Shown: in pieces, positions 41,401 through 51,170 of the stretch
How positions within the stretch are numbered: the first letter of the stretch is position 1
Layout: each line of letters opens with the position of its first letter
Assembly (NCBI GenBank): GCA_963816145.1
Contig: CAWFJP010000023.1
Coordinates: 20,156 to 84,155, forward strand
Source of the DNA: an uncultured delta proteobacterium
GTDB taxonomy: Bacteria; Desulfobacterota; Binatia; UBA9968
Direction: 5' to 3'
Length of the DNA: 64,000 nucleotides
The notes under the pieces: generated by a model
Database searches by the model: none
Seen by the model: the letters and a program-made list of their open reading frames with translations, nothing else
Told to the model about the DNA's origin: nothing
Translations under genes and position numbers: made by a program

Positions 41401-42211
41401 CGGGAGCATTGGACACCTTGGCGATCGCCTGGGCCGCCTGCGACGAAATGACTGCCCGGCCAGCGCCATCGCGAAACATCCGGGTAAAAAGAATTGCGGT
41501 TCTGGGCGGCAAAGCACTTACGCCCTGTAGAATGGCGTCCATCGAGCGATCGGCCCAGACCTCGACCTCGACTCTTCCGCCAAACGAGCGCGCAACCTTC
41601 GTCGCTCGGGCCATGACTTGACGATCCACCTCGGCGACTCCGCCGATGAGCAAGATGCGCTCAATTTCCGGCTGCAACCGGAGAATCAATTCGATGGTTC
41701 CGCCGGGGTCGGAGCGTTGAACGGTGCCGGCTAAGTACTGGCTAACTTTCGACCCGGACAGTTCCTCCTCGCTCAATCCGACGGCGACCACAGGAGTGCC
41801 TGGGAAGATATCGTCAAGCAGTTGCTGGGCGACGACCAAGTTGCCGACAAAAATCAGCACGATCACATCGGGAACATCGTCAACGTATTTATTGCGCAAG
41901 TAATCGCGGAAAAGCGAATGAAAGGTTTTGCTCGGAAAGCGAACGATATCGAGATACTCGGAATAAAGCTCAAGCTCGCCGGCGTGCAGCTTGCGCAATT
42001 CGTCAATCGCGCTTTGCTCAACAAGCGGAAAGCCCGGCGAGAACCGGCTGCCGGTCGACAGCACCAACACTCGTTTGGCACGCGAGGAATCTGCGCCGAG
42101 GAGGCGCCCGGCCGCGGCAACGCCGGCAAGCACACACAGGAGACAAATAAACCAGCGCCTTAGGAATGGGCCTGGGGGGTGCTTGGTAAGGATAGTGTCG
42201 GAAGGTGCCAC
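38399..42211 (-). CDS. Sensor histidine kinase: periplasmic ABC-binding-like domain, TM, 5 PAS, FixL/NodV-type kinase
   Basis: MGELAASLAHELNQPL H-box, QLQQV.LNL..NA, D.GSG, FQPFFTTK..G.GMGLSI; overlaps regulator start. Confidence 0.93.
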   Translation of the reverse strand: MAPSDTILTKHPPGPFLRRWFICLLCVLAGVAAAGRLLGADSSRAKRVLVLSTGSRFSPGFPLVEQSAIDELRKLHAGELELYSEYLDIVRFPSKTFHSLFRDYLRNKYVDDVPDVIVLIFVGNLVVAQQLLDDIFPGTPVVAVGLSEEELSGSKVSQYLAGTVQRSDPGGTIELILRLQPEIERILLIGGVAEVDRQVMARATKVARSFGGRVEVEVWADRSMDAILQGVSALPPRTAILFTRMFRDGAGRAVISSQAAQAIAKVSNAPVYVMSDPMLGTGAVGGSVADTLALGKRAGELGELILRGAEPKSLRLEVRSTGVPIFDWRALQRWRIGESRLPQNSRVHFRPTSIWDQYRGYIVIALGVFLLQAALISGLVFNRLNRRRAEKELRDNQELLEMATRAGRLGLWARGLNGNDVWVNPVLRAELGIGPNEAVRVGDILSRIHPDDKERIVAEVERAQQANAPFEGEFRTRLADGRERWVLAKGSTVNVVGGRGVHRVGVLLDITERKKMEAVLRESEENFRRLVENTAAVLWQADVESWRFTYVTPQAVKLLGYPLEQWYEKDFWTSHIHPDDRQRAIDTCLTMSQRADDFEFEYRMIRSSGEVVWVHDIVNCNHLAGEPLQLRGLMLDVTERKRSEQAIRESEERFRTVANAAPVMIWMSGTDKLCTFFNKGWLDFTGRTLEQELGNGWTEGVNPDDLDHSLTLYRTSFDARHEYSMEYRLRRSDGEYCWVLGHGVPRFEADGTFLGYIGTATDLSEIKRGDERFRLAVEASSNATVMVNAQGQIVLVNQQSEILFGYSREEMIGQSVEILIPERFRDNHLAHRARFAAAPQARMLGPGRDLRARRRDGSEVLVEIGLTPIHSQEGLLVLTSIVDISARKQAEEALEKERAFLRQVIDIDPNFIFAKDRDGRFTLVNQAVADAYGTTVDGLIGKTDADFNPNRDEVEYFHRMDLEVIDKLQELFIAEEHLTDAQGRIRWLQTVKRPIVGKDGVANQILGASTDITSRKQAETELRQQRDELAHVSRVSLMGELAASLAHELNQPLTAILSNAQAAQRFLTNKAFNLDEVREILNDIVEDDNRASEILRRIRSLVRKEELTLARLDLTAVVGDVVSLVHSDAILRNVKVDCRAGESVAPVRGDRVQLQQVMLNLFLNAFDAMKECPTDERQVTVRVDSGSAGMVEVSVGDRGSGLTSDMLDTIFQPFFTTKREGLGMGLSISRAIVERHGGRLWAENNRDRGATFHLLLPEMAAAERRLEHPL

Positions 42212-42282
42212 GGCACCGTGACTTTACGAACACAGGCCACGGGAATCAAGCGCGGCGCGCCTCGCGCAACGTTATCTTAATG

Positions 42283-42690
42283 TTAGAAGACGCGATCGTT
42301 GGTTTCTTCCACCAACCAATCGTTGGCCCTCTTTTCCTCGTAGAAAACCCCAACGTCAACCCCCAGCGCCGAATTGGGCAACCTTAACAGCCGCAATAGA
42401 CCGAATTGCTCTTGATGCCGGGGTGTCACCAGCGCAAGTTTTAAGTTGCTACCGTCGGTCCACGGAAAGCTGGCTAGCGCACACTTCAAATCGACAAGTT
42501 CGTCGAGACCTAAATCGCACGTAGTATCCTGGACATCGATCAAGATTTTACAAGCGTTGAGCGGCCTAGTGAGGTCGACAACTTCCTCCATCAGCCGCAG
42601 AAAGGAATCTCTATTAATAAGTCCGCGGGCGACGATAACTAGACAATGTCCATTATTTTGCCAGTAAAACAATTTGAGCTGATGATTCAT
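42283..42690 (-). CDS. Hypothetical protein (possibly STAS/SpoIIAA-like)
   Basis: KILIDV.D...KLALV...VF.EE..A.DWL pattern. Confidence 0.5.
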   Translation of the reverse strand: MNHQLKLFYWQNNGHCLVIVARGLINRDSFLRLMEEVVDLTRPLNACKILIDVQDTTCDLGLDELVDLKCALASFPWTDGSNLKLALVTPRHQEQFGLLRLLRLPNSALGVDVGVFYEEKRANDWLVEETNDRVF

Positions 42691-42783
42691 GCGTACTCGT
42701 TTAATGTCTAGCCGCCTGGTTGTCTTGACTTTCCGTGACACTCGATTGACAGTTGGCGCCCGATTCGGCAAAGCAATAGATCT

Positions 42784-43797
42784 ATGGGCATTCGACCGCT
42801 AATCTCCAGCAGCGTGACCACAGGTCTGATCGATGCCATCGCCGCCACCAATGCCGATGTGGATCAGGTCAGAAAATCGTTGACGCACGACTTCACTACT
42901 TTGGCCAACGCACAGGGTTTTATCGCCTGCGCTGATTTCGCTCGTTTGCTGGAGGAGATCGCGCAAGCGACCGGCGACGGGTGCTTTGGCCTCCACTATG
43001 GCGAGCGCAGCAACCCAAAAAATCTCGGCCCGCTGATTTATGCGGTCCTCAACTCGCCGACGATTGCAATAGCGTGCGCGACCGCAGCGCGTTATCTTCA
43101 TGTTCATAATCAGGCTTTGCAGCCGACTTTAGACGTCGATTCCAAGCTCGCGCATTTCGCCTACTCTTACGCCAATGTTGGACTGGAGAACTCAAGACAG
43201 TTCAGTGAATTTACCATGGCGGGCGTGCTGAACACTTTTCGAATCATGGTGGGCAGCCAATGGACGCCAAGGGAAATTCAATTTACCCACGACGCCCCGA
43301 AATCGATAACCGAACACCAGCGAATTTTCAGCGCGCCGGTTATTTTTCGCTGCGCCAGCAATGCGCTGGTAATGGAACGCGAGTTCCTTGACCGCACGAT
43401 TCCGGCCGCGGATCATCGCTTATATGGGATTTTGAGCCGGTATCTCGACGATGTGATCAATAAAATACCCCAGGAAGACCGCCTGGTTGCCACGATCCGA
43501 AAAGCGATCGGCGAATCACTCAAGGATGGCACGCCGCAGCTCGCCGGCGTGGCGAAATCGTTTGCGGTCAGCCCGCGCACGTTGCAGCGACGACTGGATA
43601 AACAGGGCCTCGAATTCAAAAAGTTAGTGCATGACACCCGCCGTCAGTTCGCGCTGGAATATTTACGGGACCAGGAAAACACACTGACGCAGATTGCTTT
43701 TTTGTTGGGCTATTCGGAAGTGAGCGCGTTTAACCGGGCGTTCAAGCGCTGGACGGGCTCGACGCCATTGGACTACCGCCGCAACCAAGTCACCTGA
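42784..43797 (+). CDS. AraC-family transcriptional regulator (OruR-like)
   Basis: GD.CFGL.YG, LGPL.YA...SPT; C-terminal SPRTLQRRL...IAFLLGYSEVSAFNRAFKRWTG.TP..YR. Confidence 0.93.
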   Translation: MGIRPLISSSVTTGLIDAIAATNADVDQVRKSLTHDFTTLANAQGFIACADFARLLEEIAQATGDGCFGLHYGERSNPKNLGPLIYAVLNSPTIAIACATAARYLHVHNQALQPTLDVDSKLAHFAYSYANVGLENSRQFSEFTMAGVLNTFRIMVGSQWTPREIQFTHDAPKSITEHQRIFSAPVIFRCASNALVMEREFLDRTIPAADHRLYGILSRYLDDVINKIPQEDRLVATIRKAIGESLKDGTPQLAGVAKSFAVSPRTLQRRLDKQGLEFKKLVHDTRRQFALEYLRDQENTLTQIAFLLGYSEVSAFNRAFKRWTGSTPLDYRRNQVT

Positions 43798-43925
43798 ACC
43801 AAACGATCCTCGATTCCGGGCCGAGGAATATTTGACTTGTCGACGGCAACCGGTCGGGTGATAAAATGTCACCCTACCCACCCCGCTTTCAGCCGATATT
43901 AGGTTCGCAACCTAACCCACTTACT

Positions 43926-45299
43926 CTATAGCCGCTGCTGATCAGTAATTTGAGCCTGCTTCGAATCGACTTCTTGGGCCAACTGCCGTATCACCGGGGA
44001 GATTCGTACCGGATATTCCGCCGCGCGTTCCAATCCTCTCAGCGCATCGGGCAAGCGATCTAGTTCGCGCAAAGCGCGGGCGCGAGCATCATTGAGCGGC
44101 ACGGGTGGGCCGATTCTTCGTCCCCTGCTCATCACTGGTTGGAGCAAGGCTTCGCCGTCGACCCGATCGCCATCCAACGTCAGAATATCGCCGGCCATTC
44201 GCCCATCGCGCTCGTAGCTGCGAATGATTTGCTTCCGACCGGGCCAAAGCACTTTTCCTTCTGACCGTTTGCGCCGTGCACGTCCGGCGTATTCCACGAG
44301 TTTGTACGCGCAGTCCAAATAAGGCGCGTCGGCCGAGGTATCCATATGCGTGCCGATGCCGTAGCCGTCAATGGGAGCGTTCTGCTTTACGAGCCGGGCA
44401 AGGACATACTCATCCACGCTGCCGCTGGCGAAGATCGTCGCGTCTCTGAGACCGCCGTCATCGAGAATGCGCCGCACCTTGAAGGCGTGGTCGGCCAGGT
44501 CGCCGCTGTCCAAACGAACGCCTTTGATCTTGATGCCATCGCGCGCCAGCTTGGGCGCCAGCGCGACGACCTTTTCTGCGGCGGCTTCGGTGTCATAGGT
44601 ATCGATCAAGAGAATCACATTTCCCGGCAGAGAGCGCGCGAAATGTTCGAAGGCGGTAGTCTCATCGTCGTGCGCCTGAACGAAGGAATGCGCCATGGTG
44701 CCGAAAACCGGCACGCCGTACAGCGGCGCGGCTAGAACCGTAGCGCTGCCCGCAAACCCAGCGAGATAGCTCGCGCGGGCAGCGAGCAAACCCGCCTCGG
44801 CACCATGAGCGCGGCGCAGACCAAAATCGACGAGTAATTTACCGGGAGCCATCAACACCGAGCGCGCAGCTTTTGACGCGATAAGAGTTTGGAAGTGGAG
44901 CAAGTTAATCAACCGGCTTTCCACCAGCTGAGCTTCGGCGATCGGCGCAGTCACGCGCAGGATCGGTTCGTTGGTGAAAAACACGGTCCCTTCAGGCATA
45001 GCGTGGACGGCGCCAGTGAAGCGAACTTGTTCCAAGTAGTTGACGAAGCCGGGGCGAAAAGCGCCGTGATTTGAAATCCAATCAAGCTCTTGCGCTGTAA
45101 ATCGCACGTTCTCAAGAAATTCGAGCCCCTGTTCCAGTCCGGCGGCGATCAGAAAGTTTCGCTGGCCCGGCAACTTGCGCACGAAAAATTCAAACACTGC
45201 GGTCTCCTCCATGCCCTGATCGAAGTAACCCTGCAGCATGGTGAGCTGGTAAAGATCGGTTAACAGCGCGCTTGACGACGCGTTTGACTCAAATATCAT
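43926..45299 (-). CDS. pncB: Nicotinate phosphoribosyltransferase
   Basis: LLTDLYQLTM, AQLVE, DFGLRRAHG, GTMAHSFVQ, LIDTYDT, GVRLDSGDL, YKLVEY. Confidence 0.96.
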   Translation of the reverse strand: MIFESNASSSALLTDLYQLTMLQGYFDQGMEETAVFEFFVRKLPGQRNFLIAAGLEQGLEFLENVRFTAQELDWISNHGAFRPGFVNYLEQVRFTGAVHAMPEGTVFFTNEPILRVTAPIAEAQLVESRLINLLHFQTLIASKAARSVLMAPGKLLVDFGLRRAHGAEAGLLAARASYLAGFAGSATVLAAPLYGVPVFGTMAHSFVQAHDDETTAFEHFARSLPGNVILLIDTYDTEAAAEKVVALAPKLARDGIKIKGVRLDSGDLADHAFKVRRILDDGGLRDATIFASGSVDEYVLARLVKQNAPIDGYGIGTHMDTSADAPYLDCAYKLVEYAGRARRKRSEGKVLWPGRKQIIRSYERDGRMAGDILTLDGDRVDGEALLQPVMSRGRRIGPPVPLNDARARALRELDRLPDALRGLERAAEYPVRISPVIRQLAQEVDSKQAQITDQQRL

Positions 45300-45352
45300 T
45301 TCACCTCATCGTGGCTTGCCGCCGCCCCATCGTCCATTTAACTCTGAAAATC

Positions 45353-45367
45353 GCATATGGCGTGCCA
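45353..45367 (-). promoter_or_regulatory. Sigma-54 promoter of pncB
   Basis: Minus strand TGGCACGCCATATGC, close to consensus TGGCACG-N4-TTGC, ~53 nt upstream of ATG. Confidence 0.75.
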
Positions 45368-45866
45368 GCGCATATCGACTCTTAGCGCCACTGCAAGACC
45401 AGGATCACAGGAATACTCCGCGCGTCATTCGCGATTTCAAGAAGTTTAACCGGCCAGCTATATCAAAATTGCAAAAACCGAAGAACGTGATCACTGAGAA
45501 ACATCCCGATCCTCCAGATCGTCAGACTTGGTTTAATGAGTTCAGGTGCGGGCGGCTGTTTGAAGCGAGCTGACCACGATTCGGCTGTCGCTTTACGGGC
45601 TTTGTCCGACGAGACTGGCTGATTGCTAGGATTGCCGCGAACGGATTTGGCATGGCCTAAAATTTGGATGATTGTTAGAAGCAAAATACAATCCTGAAGC
45701 CCGGCAAAATCGCTACGCGACGCGCTGTGGTTGGCTGGGAATGCTTACCGAACCGCACCGCCCCCCGGAGCGGCAGTGAGTTATGGGCTAAGGGCACTAA
45801 ATGCGCCGAGGCGAAATATGAGGCGCTACTAAGCGGTTCTTTAACGCCCATTGGGAGGACACGCAC

Positions 45867-46530
45867 ATGAGCAGCCCAGCGGCCAAAGGAAATCAAGCCA
45901 GAACAGAGGTCAATATCCCCGTCAATGGCGTTTTTCTCGAGGGGATTCTTACCGTCCCAATGCATGCCAGAGGGTAACGTGTTATTCGTTCACGGCAGCG
46001 GCAGCAGCCGGCTCAGTCCGCGCAATAATTTTGTTGCCGCGGCGCTTAACCAGGCGAGATTCGCCACCCTGCTCATGGACTTACTGACTAGTCAGGAAGA
46101 CGCCACCTACGACAACCGCTTCGACATTGAGCTGCTCACCCGGCGGCTCGAACGGGCGTCTCAGTGGCTCATGGAGCAACCCGGATGTGCGTCGCTGCCG
46201 ATCGGCTTCTTCGGCGCCAGCACGGGTGCGGCGGCGGCGCTGAATGCCGCAGCGATACTGGGTCCGCTCGTCGGCGCCGTGGTATCACGCGGCGGCCGGC
46301 CGGATCTGGCCATGGACTCTTTGCCTCGAGTGCAAGCGCCGACGTTATTGATTGTCGGCAGCCTGGACGATGTCGTCATAGAACTGAATCAACAGGCGTA
46401 TAGGATACTCAAGAGCGAAAAGCATCTGGCGATCGTTAAGGGAGCGACCCATTTGTTCGAGGAGCCGGGAACCCTGCAAGAAGTAACCCGGTTAGCCACG
46501 GTTTGGTTCAGCAAACACCTCGGACGCTAA
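45867..46530 (+). CDS. Dienelactone hydrolase-like alpha/beta hydrolase (PRTase-associated type; frameshift near 45975)
   Basis: HGSGSSRLSPRN.FVA, RFDIELL..RL, GFFGASTGAAAAL, VVSRGGRPDLA, GATHLFEEPG; GGAGG RBS before ATG 45867. Confidence 0.88.
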
Positions 46531-46593
46531 CCTAGGAATGTTATGCTGGCACAATCGACCTACGGTTAAGCTTCAAAAGGGACGCGCCTTAGA

Positions 46594-48375
46594 ATGGCAC
46601 CAAGGATGTCCAATTCTTCGTTAACCGATACCGCGCCTTCAAGCCGCACTCGATCCGAAACTGCGCGGGTCATTCTCGCTGAACGTTATTTGCGGCGTGA
46701 CGATCACGGGAAAATCATCGAGACTGTTGACGAAATGTTCGTACGGGTCGGACGCGCCGTCGCCCAGCCCGCCCGTCGCTATGGCGAAGATGTGGAATTT
46801 TGGCAGGAACGTTTTGTCGAACGGATGCGTCGATGCGAATTTTTGCCCAACTCGCCAACTCTGATGAACGCAGGTTTACCCAACGGCCAACTGGCCGCCT
46901 GCTTCGTCCTGCCGGTCGAGGACGACCTCGATTCCATATTCACCGCGCTTGGTCAGATGGCACGCATTCATCAGACCGGCGGCGGCACGGGCTTTTCTTT
47001 CAGTCGCTTGCGCCCGCGCGACGACCGCGTGCGCTCCACGGGCGGGACCACTTCGGGGCCGTTGTCCTTCATGGAACTTTTCGATCAAACCACGGAAGTT
47101 ATTCGCCGGGGCGGCAGACGGCGCGGCGCCAACATGGCGGTGCTGCGGGTCGATCACCCAGACATTGAAGCCTTCATCGACGCCAAGAAGGATGCGCGGC
47201 GGCTGCAGAACTTTAACCTCTCGGTGGGCATCACTGATGAATTTTGGTCAGCGTTGACGCAAGACAAAGCATTTGCTTTACGCAACCCTCGTAGCGGCGC
47301 GATCATCGGCCGCGTCAAAGCCCGCCAACTTTTCAACAAGATTACCGAAGCAGCCTGGATCTGCGGCGATCCTGGTCTGCTTTTTCTCGACGAGATCAAT
47401 CGCGCCAATCCAACACCCGCGCTCGGTGCCATCGAGGCGACCAATCCATGCGGTGAGCAGCCGCTGCTCCCTTACGAATCTTGCACGCTCGGATCGCTCA
47501 ACCTGGCGGCCTTTGCTGCGGACAATGATCTAGACTGGCAAAAATTCGCCGCCGCGATTTACGACGCGGTCGTCTTTCTTGATAACGTGATCGACGCGAA
47601 TCATTACTCATTTCCGGCAATCCAATCGGCAACGCGCCAAACTCGAAAGATTGGCCTTGGGGTCATGGGCCTGGCGGATCTCTTCGCGCAATTGGGTATG
47701 GCCTACGATTCGGAGGCTGCGGTGGCACTTGCAGACAAAATTGCCAGATTTCTTAGCAGTGAAGCTAGAGCCGCCTCCGTTGAGCTCGGGGAAAGGCGTG
47801 ATTCTTTTCCGGCGTTCTCACAAAGTGTGTGGCGGCGGCGTGGGGTTTCGTCGCTGCGCAACGCTACCGCGACCTGCATCGCCCCGACCGGCACCATCAG
47901 CTTGATCGCCGGAGTGTCCCCATCCATCGAGCCATTTTTCGCTCTGGCGCTGTCCCGCCTGGTAATCGATCACCCAGCGCGAACAGAAATGAATCCGCTG
48001 CTAAAAAGCGAGTTGGCAAAGCTAGGAACTTCAGACGTGAGCGATCTCGATATCATCAAACATCACGGTTCGATTCGCGGCTTGAGCCTATTACCCGAGG
48101 CGCTTCGCCGCCGTTTTCCAATCGCTCTGGAAATTTCGCCGCAGTATCACCTGCGGATGCAAGCAGCTTTCCAAACCCATGTCGACGCGGCGGTATCCAA
48201 AACCGTAAACTTGCCGAACCAGGCGCCGCAATCGACGGTCGAAGAGATTTTTACCCTCGCGCGGGAGTTGCGGCTCAAGGGTGTGACGGTTTACCGTTAC
48301 GGTAGCCGCGCGGGCCAGACATTGTCGCTCGTCGAAGACCAATTGCAGCCCGACTGCCGGGAATGCGCGGTGTAA
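46594..48375 (+). CDS. nrdJ: Class II (adenosylcobalamin-dependent) ribonucleotide reductase
   Basis: FLPNSPTLMNAG, GQLAACFV, GGGTGF.FS.LRP, RRGANM, TNPCGEQPL, C.LGSLNL, IAPTGTIS, SKTVN, KGVTVYR.GSR, C-terminal CREC. Confidence 0.93.
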   Translation: MAPRMSNSSLTDTAPSSRTRSETARVILAERYLRRDDHGKIIETVDEMFVRVGRAVAQPARRYGEDVEFWQERFVERMRRCEFLPNSPTLMNAGLPNGQLAACFVLPVEDDLDSIFTALGQMARIHQTGGGTGFSFSRLRPRDDRVRSTGGTTSGPLSFMELFDQTTEVIRRGGRRRGANMAVLRVDHPDIEAFIDAKKDARRLQNFNLSVGITDEFWSALTQDKAFALRNPRSGAIIGRVKARQLFNKITEAAWICGDPGLLFLDEINRANPTPALGAIEATNPCGEQPLLPYESCTLGSLNLAAFAADNDLDWQKFAAAIYDAVVFLDNVIDANHYSFPAIQSATRQTRKIGLGVMGLADLFAQLGMAYDSEAAVALADKIARFLSSEARAASVELGERRDSFPAFSQSVWRRRGVSSLRNATATCIAPTGTISLIAGVSPSIEPFFALALSRLVIDHPARTEMNPLLKSELAKLGTSDVSDLDIIKHHGSIRGLSLLPEALRRRFPIALEISPQYHLRMQAAFQTHVDAAVSKTVNLPNQAPQSTVEEIFTLARELRLKGVTVYRYGSRAGQTLSLVEDQLQPDCRECAV

Positions 48376-48516
48376 TCTCGACCGTCACGGTACCCGGCAA
48401 CCAATCAAGACACCCGGCGTTCAAACACGAATCTTCTTGATCGGGCTGCGCTTAGGCCAAGGATTCTGCTTTCGAGATTAACCCGATCATTCGGTGAAGT
48501 CAGAAAATACCGCATC

Positions 48517-49377
48517 ATGAATTGGCCATTCGTGCAGCGCGTCATCATCATGAGTTTGCTGCTGTGCGGCCTGCTGCACCGGCAGACCTTCGCAGCCAGT
48601 GAGAGACCGATGACAGCAGCCAAGCAACCGGATACTGAAGCGACCGTTTGCGGCACTTTTCGTGAGCCTTTCATGTTTTGGCTGTGGCACAGAATGGCCG
48701 GCGCAGCTGATCCGCAAGCTCTCGTCAATATTCCCGGCTTGGAGCGGCTCACATTTAACACTCGAGACGGGATTACACTGGCCGGCTACAAGCTCGCCGC
48801 CGTCAATCCGACCGCTTATCTCTTGGTCGCGCAAGGCAATGCCATGCTCGCCGATCAACTCATCGCCGACCTGCAGACGTTTCGCGACCACGGCTGGGAC
48901 GTCTATATTTATGACTACCGTGGTTATGGCAATTCACAAGGAAAGAGCCGCCTGGCGGCGATCGTTGATGATTATGGCGAAATCGTGGCTCATCTAAACA
49001 CACAGGGCTATAAGCAGCGCTTGCTATACGGCATCTCCATGGGCGGAGTGATTCTGCTCAACGCGGTGGGAAAGACCGATCTGTACACGCGCTTGGTGGT
49101 CGATTCTTCCCCAGCGCGCATCTCGCACCTCGGCTGCCCGGAACAATATGACCCGGTCGCCCATTTGCCGAACGATGGAGCGCGGGTGATGATAATTTCC
49201 GGCGCACGGGATCGCGTTGTCTCACCTGACCAAATGGACGAACTGCTACGTAGCGCCAGGTCACGTGGCGCTCGGATTCTCCAGGACAGAGAATTCGCTC
49301 ACCCCTATCAGGATTCCTCGATGGCGATCCACCGCCGCCGGCAACGTGAAGTAGCGACTTTTCTCGATCACGAGTGA
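48517..49377 (+). CDS. Exported alpha/beta hydrolase
   Basis: YDYRGYGNSQG, nucleophile elbow GISMGG, G.RD.VV, His in FAHPY. Confidence 0.8.
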   Translation: MNWPFVQRVIIMSLLLCGLLHRQTFAASERPMTAAKQPDTEATVCGTFREPFMFWLWHRMAGAADPQALVNIPGLERLTFNTRDGITLAGYKLAAVNPTAYLLVAQGNAMLADQLIADLQTFRDHGWDVYIYDYRGYGNSQGKSRLAAIVDDYGEIVAHLNTQGYKQRLLYGISMGGVILLNAVGKTDLYTRLVVDSSPARISHLGCPEQYDPVAHLPNDGARVMIISGARDRVVSPDQMDELLRSARSRGARILQDREFAHPYQDSSMAIHRRRQREVATFLDHE

Positions 49378-49424
49378 GAGATTGCGCGGTCCGATACAAC
49401 TTCGGAAAGCGGCGATATTCACAA

Positions 49425-50633
49425 TCAGCAAATCGAATACTTGCCGCTCGCCAACTCTTGGCAGAACTGTGGCATGCGCTCCAGCTCGCGTTTGACGATT
49501 TTGCCGATGGGCTCTTCGACGTTGACAAGTTGAGTTGCGGCATCCAGCGCGACCTGCACCGCGACCACTTGCGGGCGCTCGACCGGGTCGCCGATACGGC
49601 TACACAGCCAGACAATCGCTTGTTCGATGCCGGGAACTTCAACGTGAATCTGTTCGGCCAAGCGATGGGTTAAGACGCTATAAATTTTGCCGACATGGCT
49701 CACCGGATTCTTTCCCGCGGCAGCTTCGGATCCGCGCGGACGATTGAGCGCGATAATGCCGTTGACCTGATTGCCTCGCCCCACTTCGCCGGAATCGGCA
49801 TCTTCAGCGGAAGTGCCGAGCACGGAGAGATACATTCCCGTTAGTCCGGCGCCGCGACGGTCCAAGGTGTTGAGCTCGACAGTGACCTGATTAAACTTGG
49901 CCGCCTGGGAGCGCAGATACGCGATCAGCGCGTGACATATTTCGTCTTTCTTCTGGAAATAAGCCGCTTCGTCGGCGATATACTTGTCCAACAACGGCAT
50001 CGCCGCGGTGATGCCGATTTGCTTTCCGCGGCGAATTCCCATGATCTTCACGTCTGTGCCGCTTTGCGGGAATTTCATTTTGAACTCGCGGCCGTTCAAA
50101 CATCTTTCGGCGTCCAAAACCAACCGCTCGGCCTCGCTCAACGGCGCGTACCCCACCGCCGCCGATGTGTCATTGGCCGGAATAATTTCGGAGCCGGGCC
50201 GAAAAATTCCGGTCAACTCGTCGGAGCCGCCTTTGAGCTCGACCTGATACCGAAGATGTCGTTCGGCATCGACTTCGGGAATATTCTCGCGAAACCAAGT
50301 CTTTGCAGTTTCTATAGCCAGTTCGGCAACATTGAAATCTTGCACCATCGTCGCCCGATCGCCGATGACCAGGCGCATCGGTTCGACCACTTTGCCGCCG
50401 CCGTAGCGCCGCTCCACCTGTCCCGCGACCAGCAAACCTTTGTCGCAATTGTGGTGGAGAATTCTGCCGTAATGCTTGAGATACGCTTGCGACAGGGCTT
50501 GAGAAATCCGCTCCATGACCAGATCGCACATCGTGTCGGGATGGCCCAGTCCTTTGCGTTCGACGATCTCCACATCGGCACCTGCCGCTGGCGGCTCGTG
50601 AATTTGTTGAATATGAATTGGCTCCATGGTCAT
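49425..50633 (-). CDS. mat: Archaeal-type S-adenosylmethionine synthetase
   Basis: EIVERKGLGHPDT.CD, HHN.DK, ANDTS..VGYAPLS, G.DVKIMG.R, GTSAE..DSGEVGRGN.VNG, EAAAGKNPVSHVGKIY. Confidence 0.92.
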   Translation of the reverse strand: MTMEPIHIQQIHEPPAAGADVEIVERKGLGHPDTMCDLVMERISQALSQAYLKHYGRILHHNCDKGLLVAGQVERRYGGGKVVEPMRLVIGDRATMVQDFNVAELAIETAKTWFRENIPEVDAERHLRYQVELKGGSDELTGIFRPGSEIIPANDTSAAVGYAPLSEAERLVLDAERCLNGREFKMKFPQSGTDVKIMGIRRGKQIGITAAMPLLDKYIADEAAYFQKKDEICHALIAYLRSQAAKFNQVTVELNTLDRRGAGLTGMYLSVLGTSAEDADSGEVGRGNQVNGIIALNRPRGSEAAAGKNPVSHVGKIYSVLTHRLAEQIHVEVPGIEQAIVWLCSRIGDPVERPQVVAVQVALDAATQLVNVEEPIGKIVKRELERMPQFCQELASGKYSIC

Positions 50634-50988
50634 TCGCGGTCCCGCACCCACGGTACCGGTTTAATCGTAAACCAGCAAAAGACACGCCACCCAGGGAGAG
50701 GCTTACATTGCTGCACATCCCTCACTATCGCCAATCGCTAGCGCCCCCTCATCCATGCAACAACAGCCAAGACTTTTTGCCATAACAAATCGGTGGTCTC
50801 AAAATAGCGAATAATGGAAATGGATGGCAGCACCGCATCATGACGAAAATACCCCTAGCAAAGTGAAGGCGTCATTTTGCTTTTCGAGTATGAGAAGGAA
50901 TTCTTGTATGGTTCGCGACAATGAGAAGCGCTTGCGCGCGCGCCGGTTACGAACTGACTTTTTTGACGGCATCGTGATGCTGCGCGCT

Positions 50989-51003
50989 TGGCATCTCGTT
51001 TGC
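50989..51003 (+). promoter_or_regulatory. Sigma-54 promoter candidate upstream of prs
   Basis: TGGCATCTCGTTTGC (GG-N10-GC with TTGC). Confidence 0.65.
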
Positions 51004-51170
51004 GCTGCTAAAAATCGTTGCAAACGGAGGTGACACCCGCATGGAGCTGTTACGGCTGAGACTGATCTCCCCAGGGTCGCGCGTCAGCTCTGCCGGTGCG
51101 CCAGCCTAATCGGTCAAACCGATCGTCCGGAGAAGGGACGCCAAAGGGGATCAGCCAAATTCTATGATTC

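Noticed and set aside
46530-46600. Cobalamin riboswitch before nrdJ
   Set aside because: Intergenic gap is too short and no B12-box is visible
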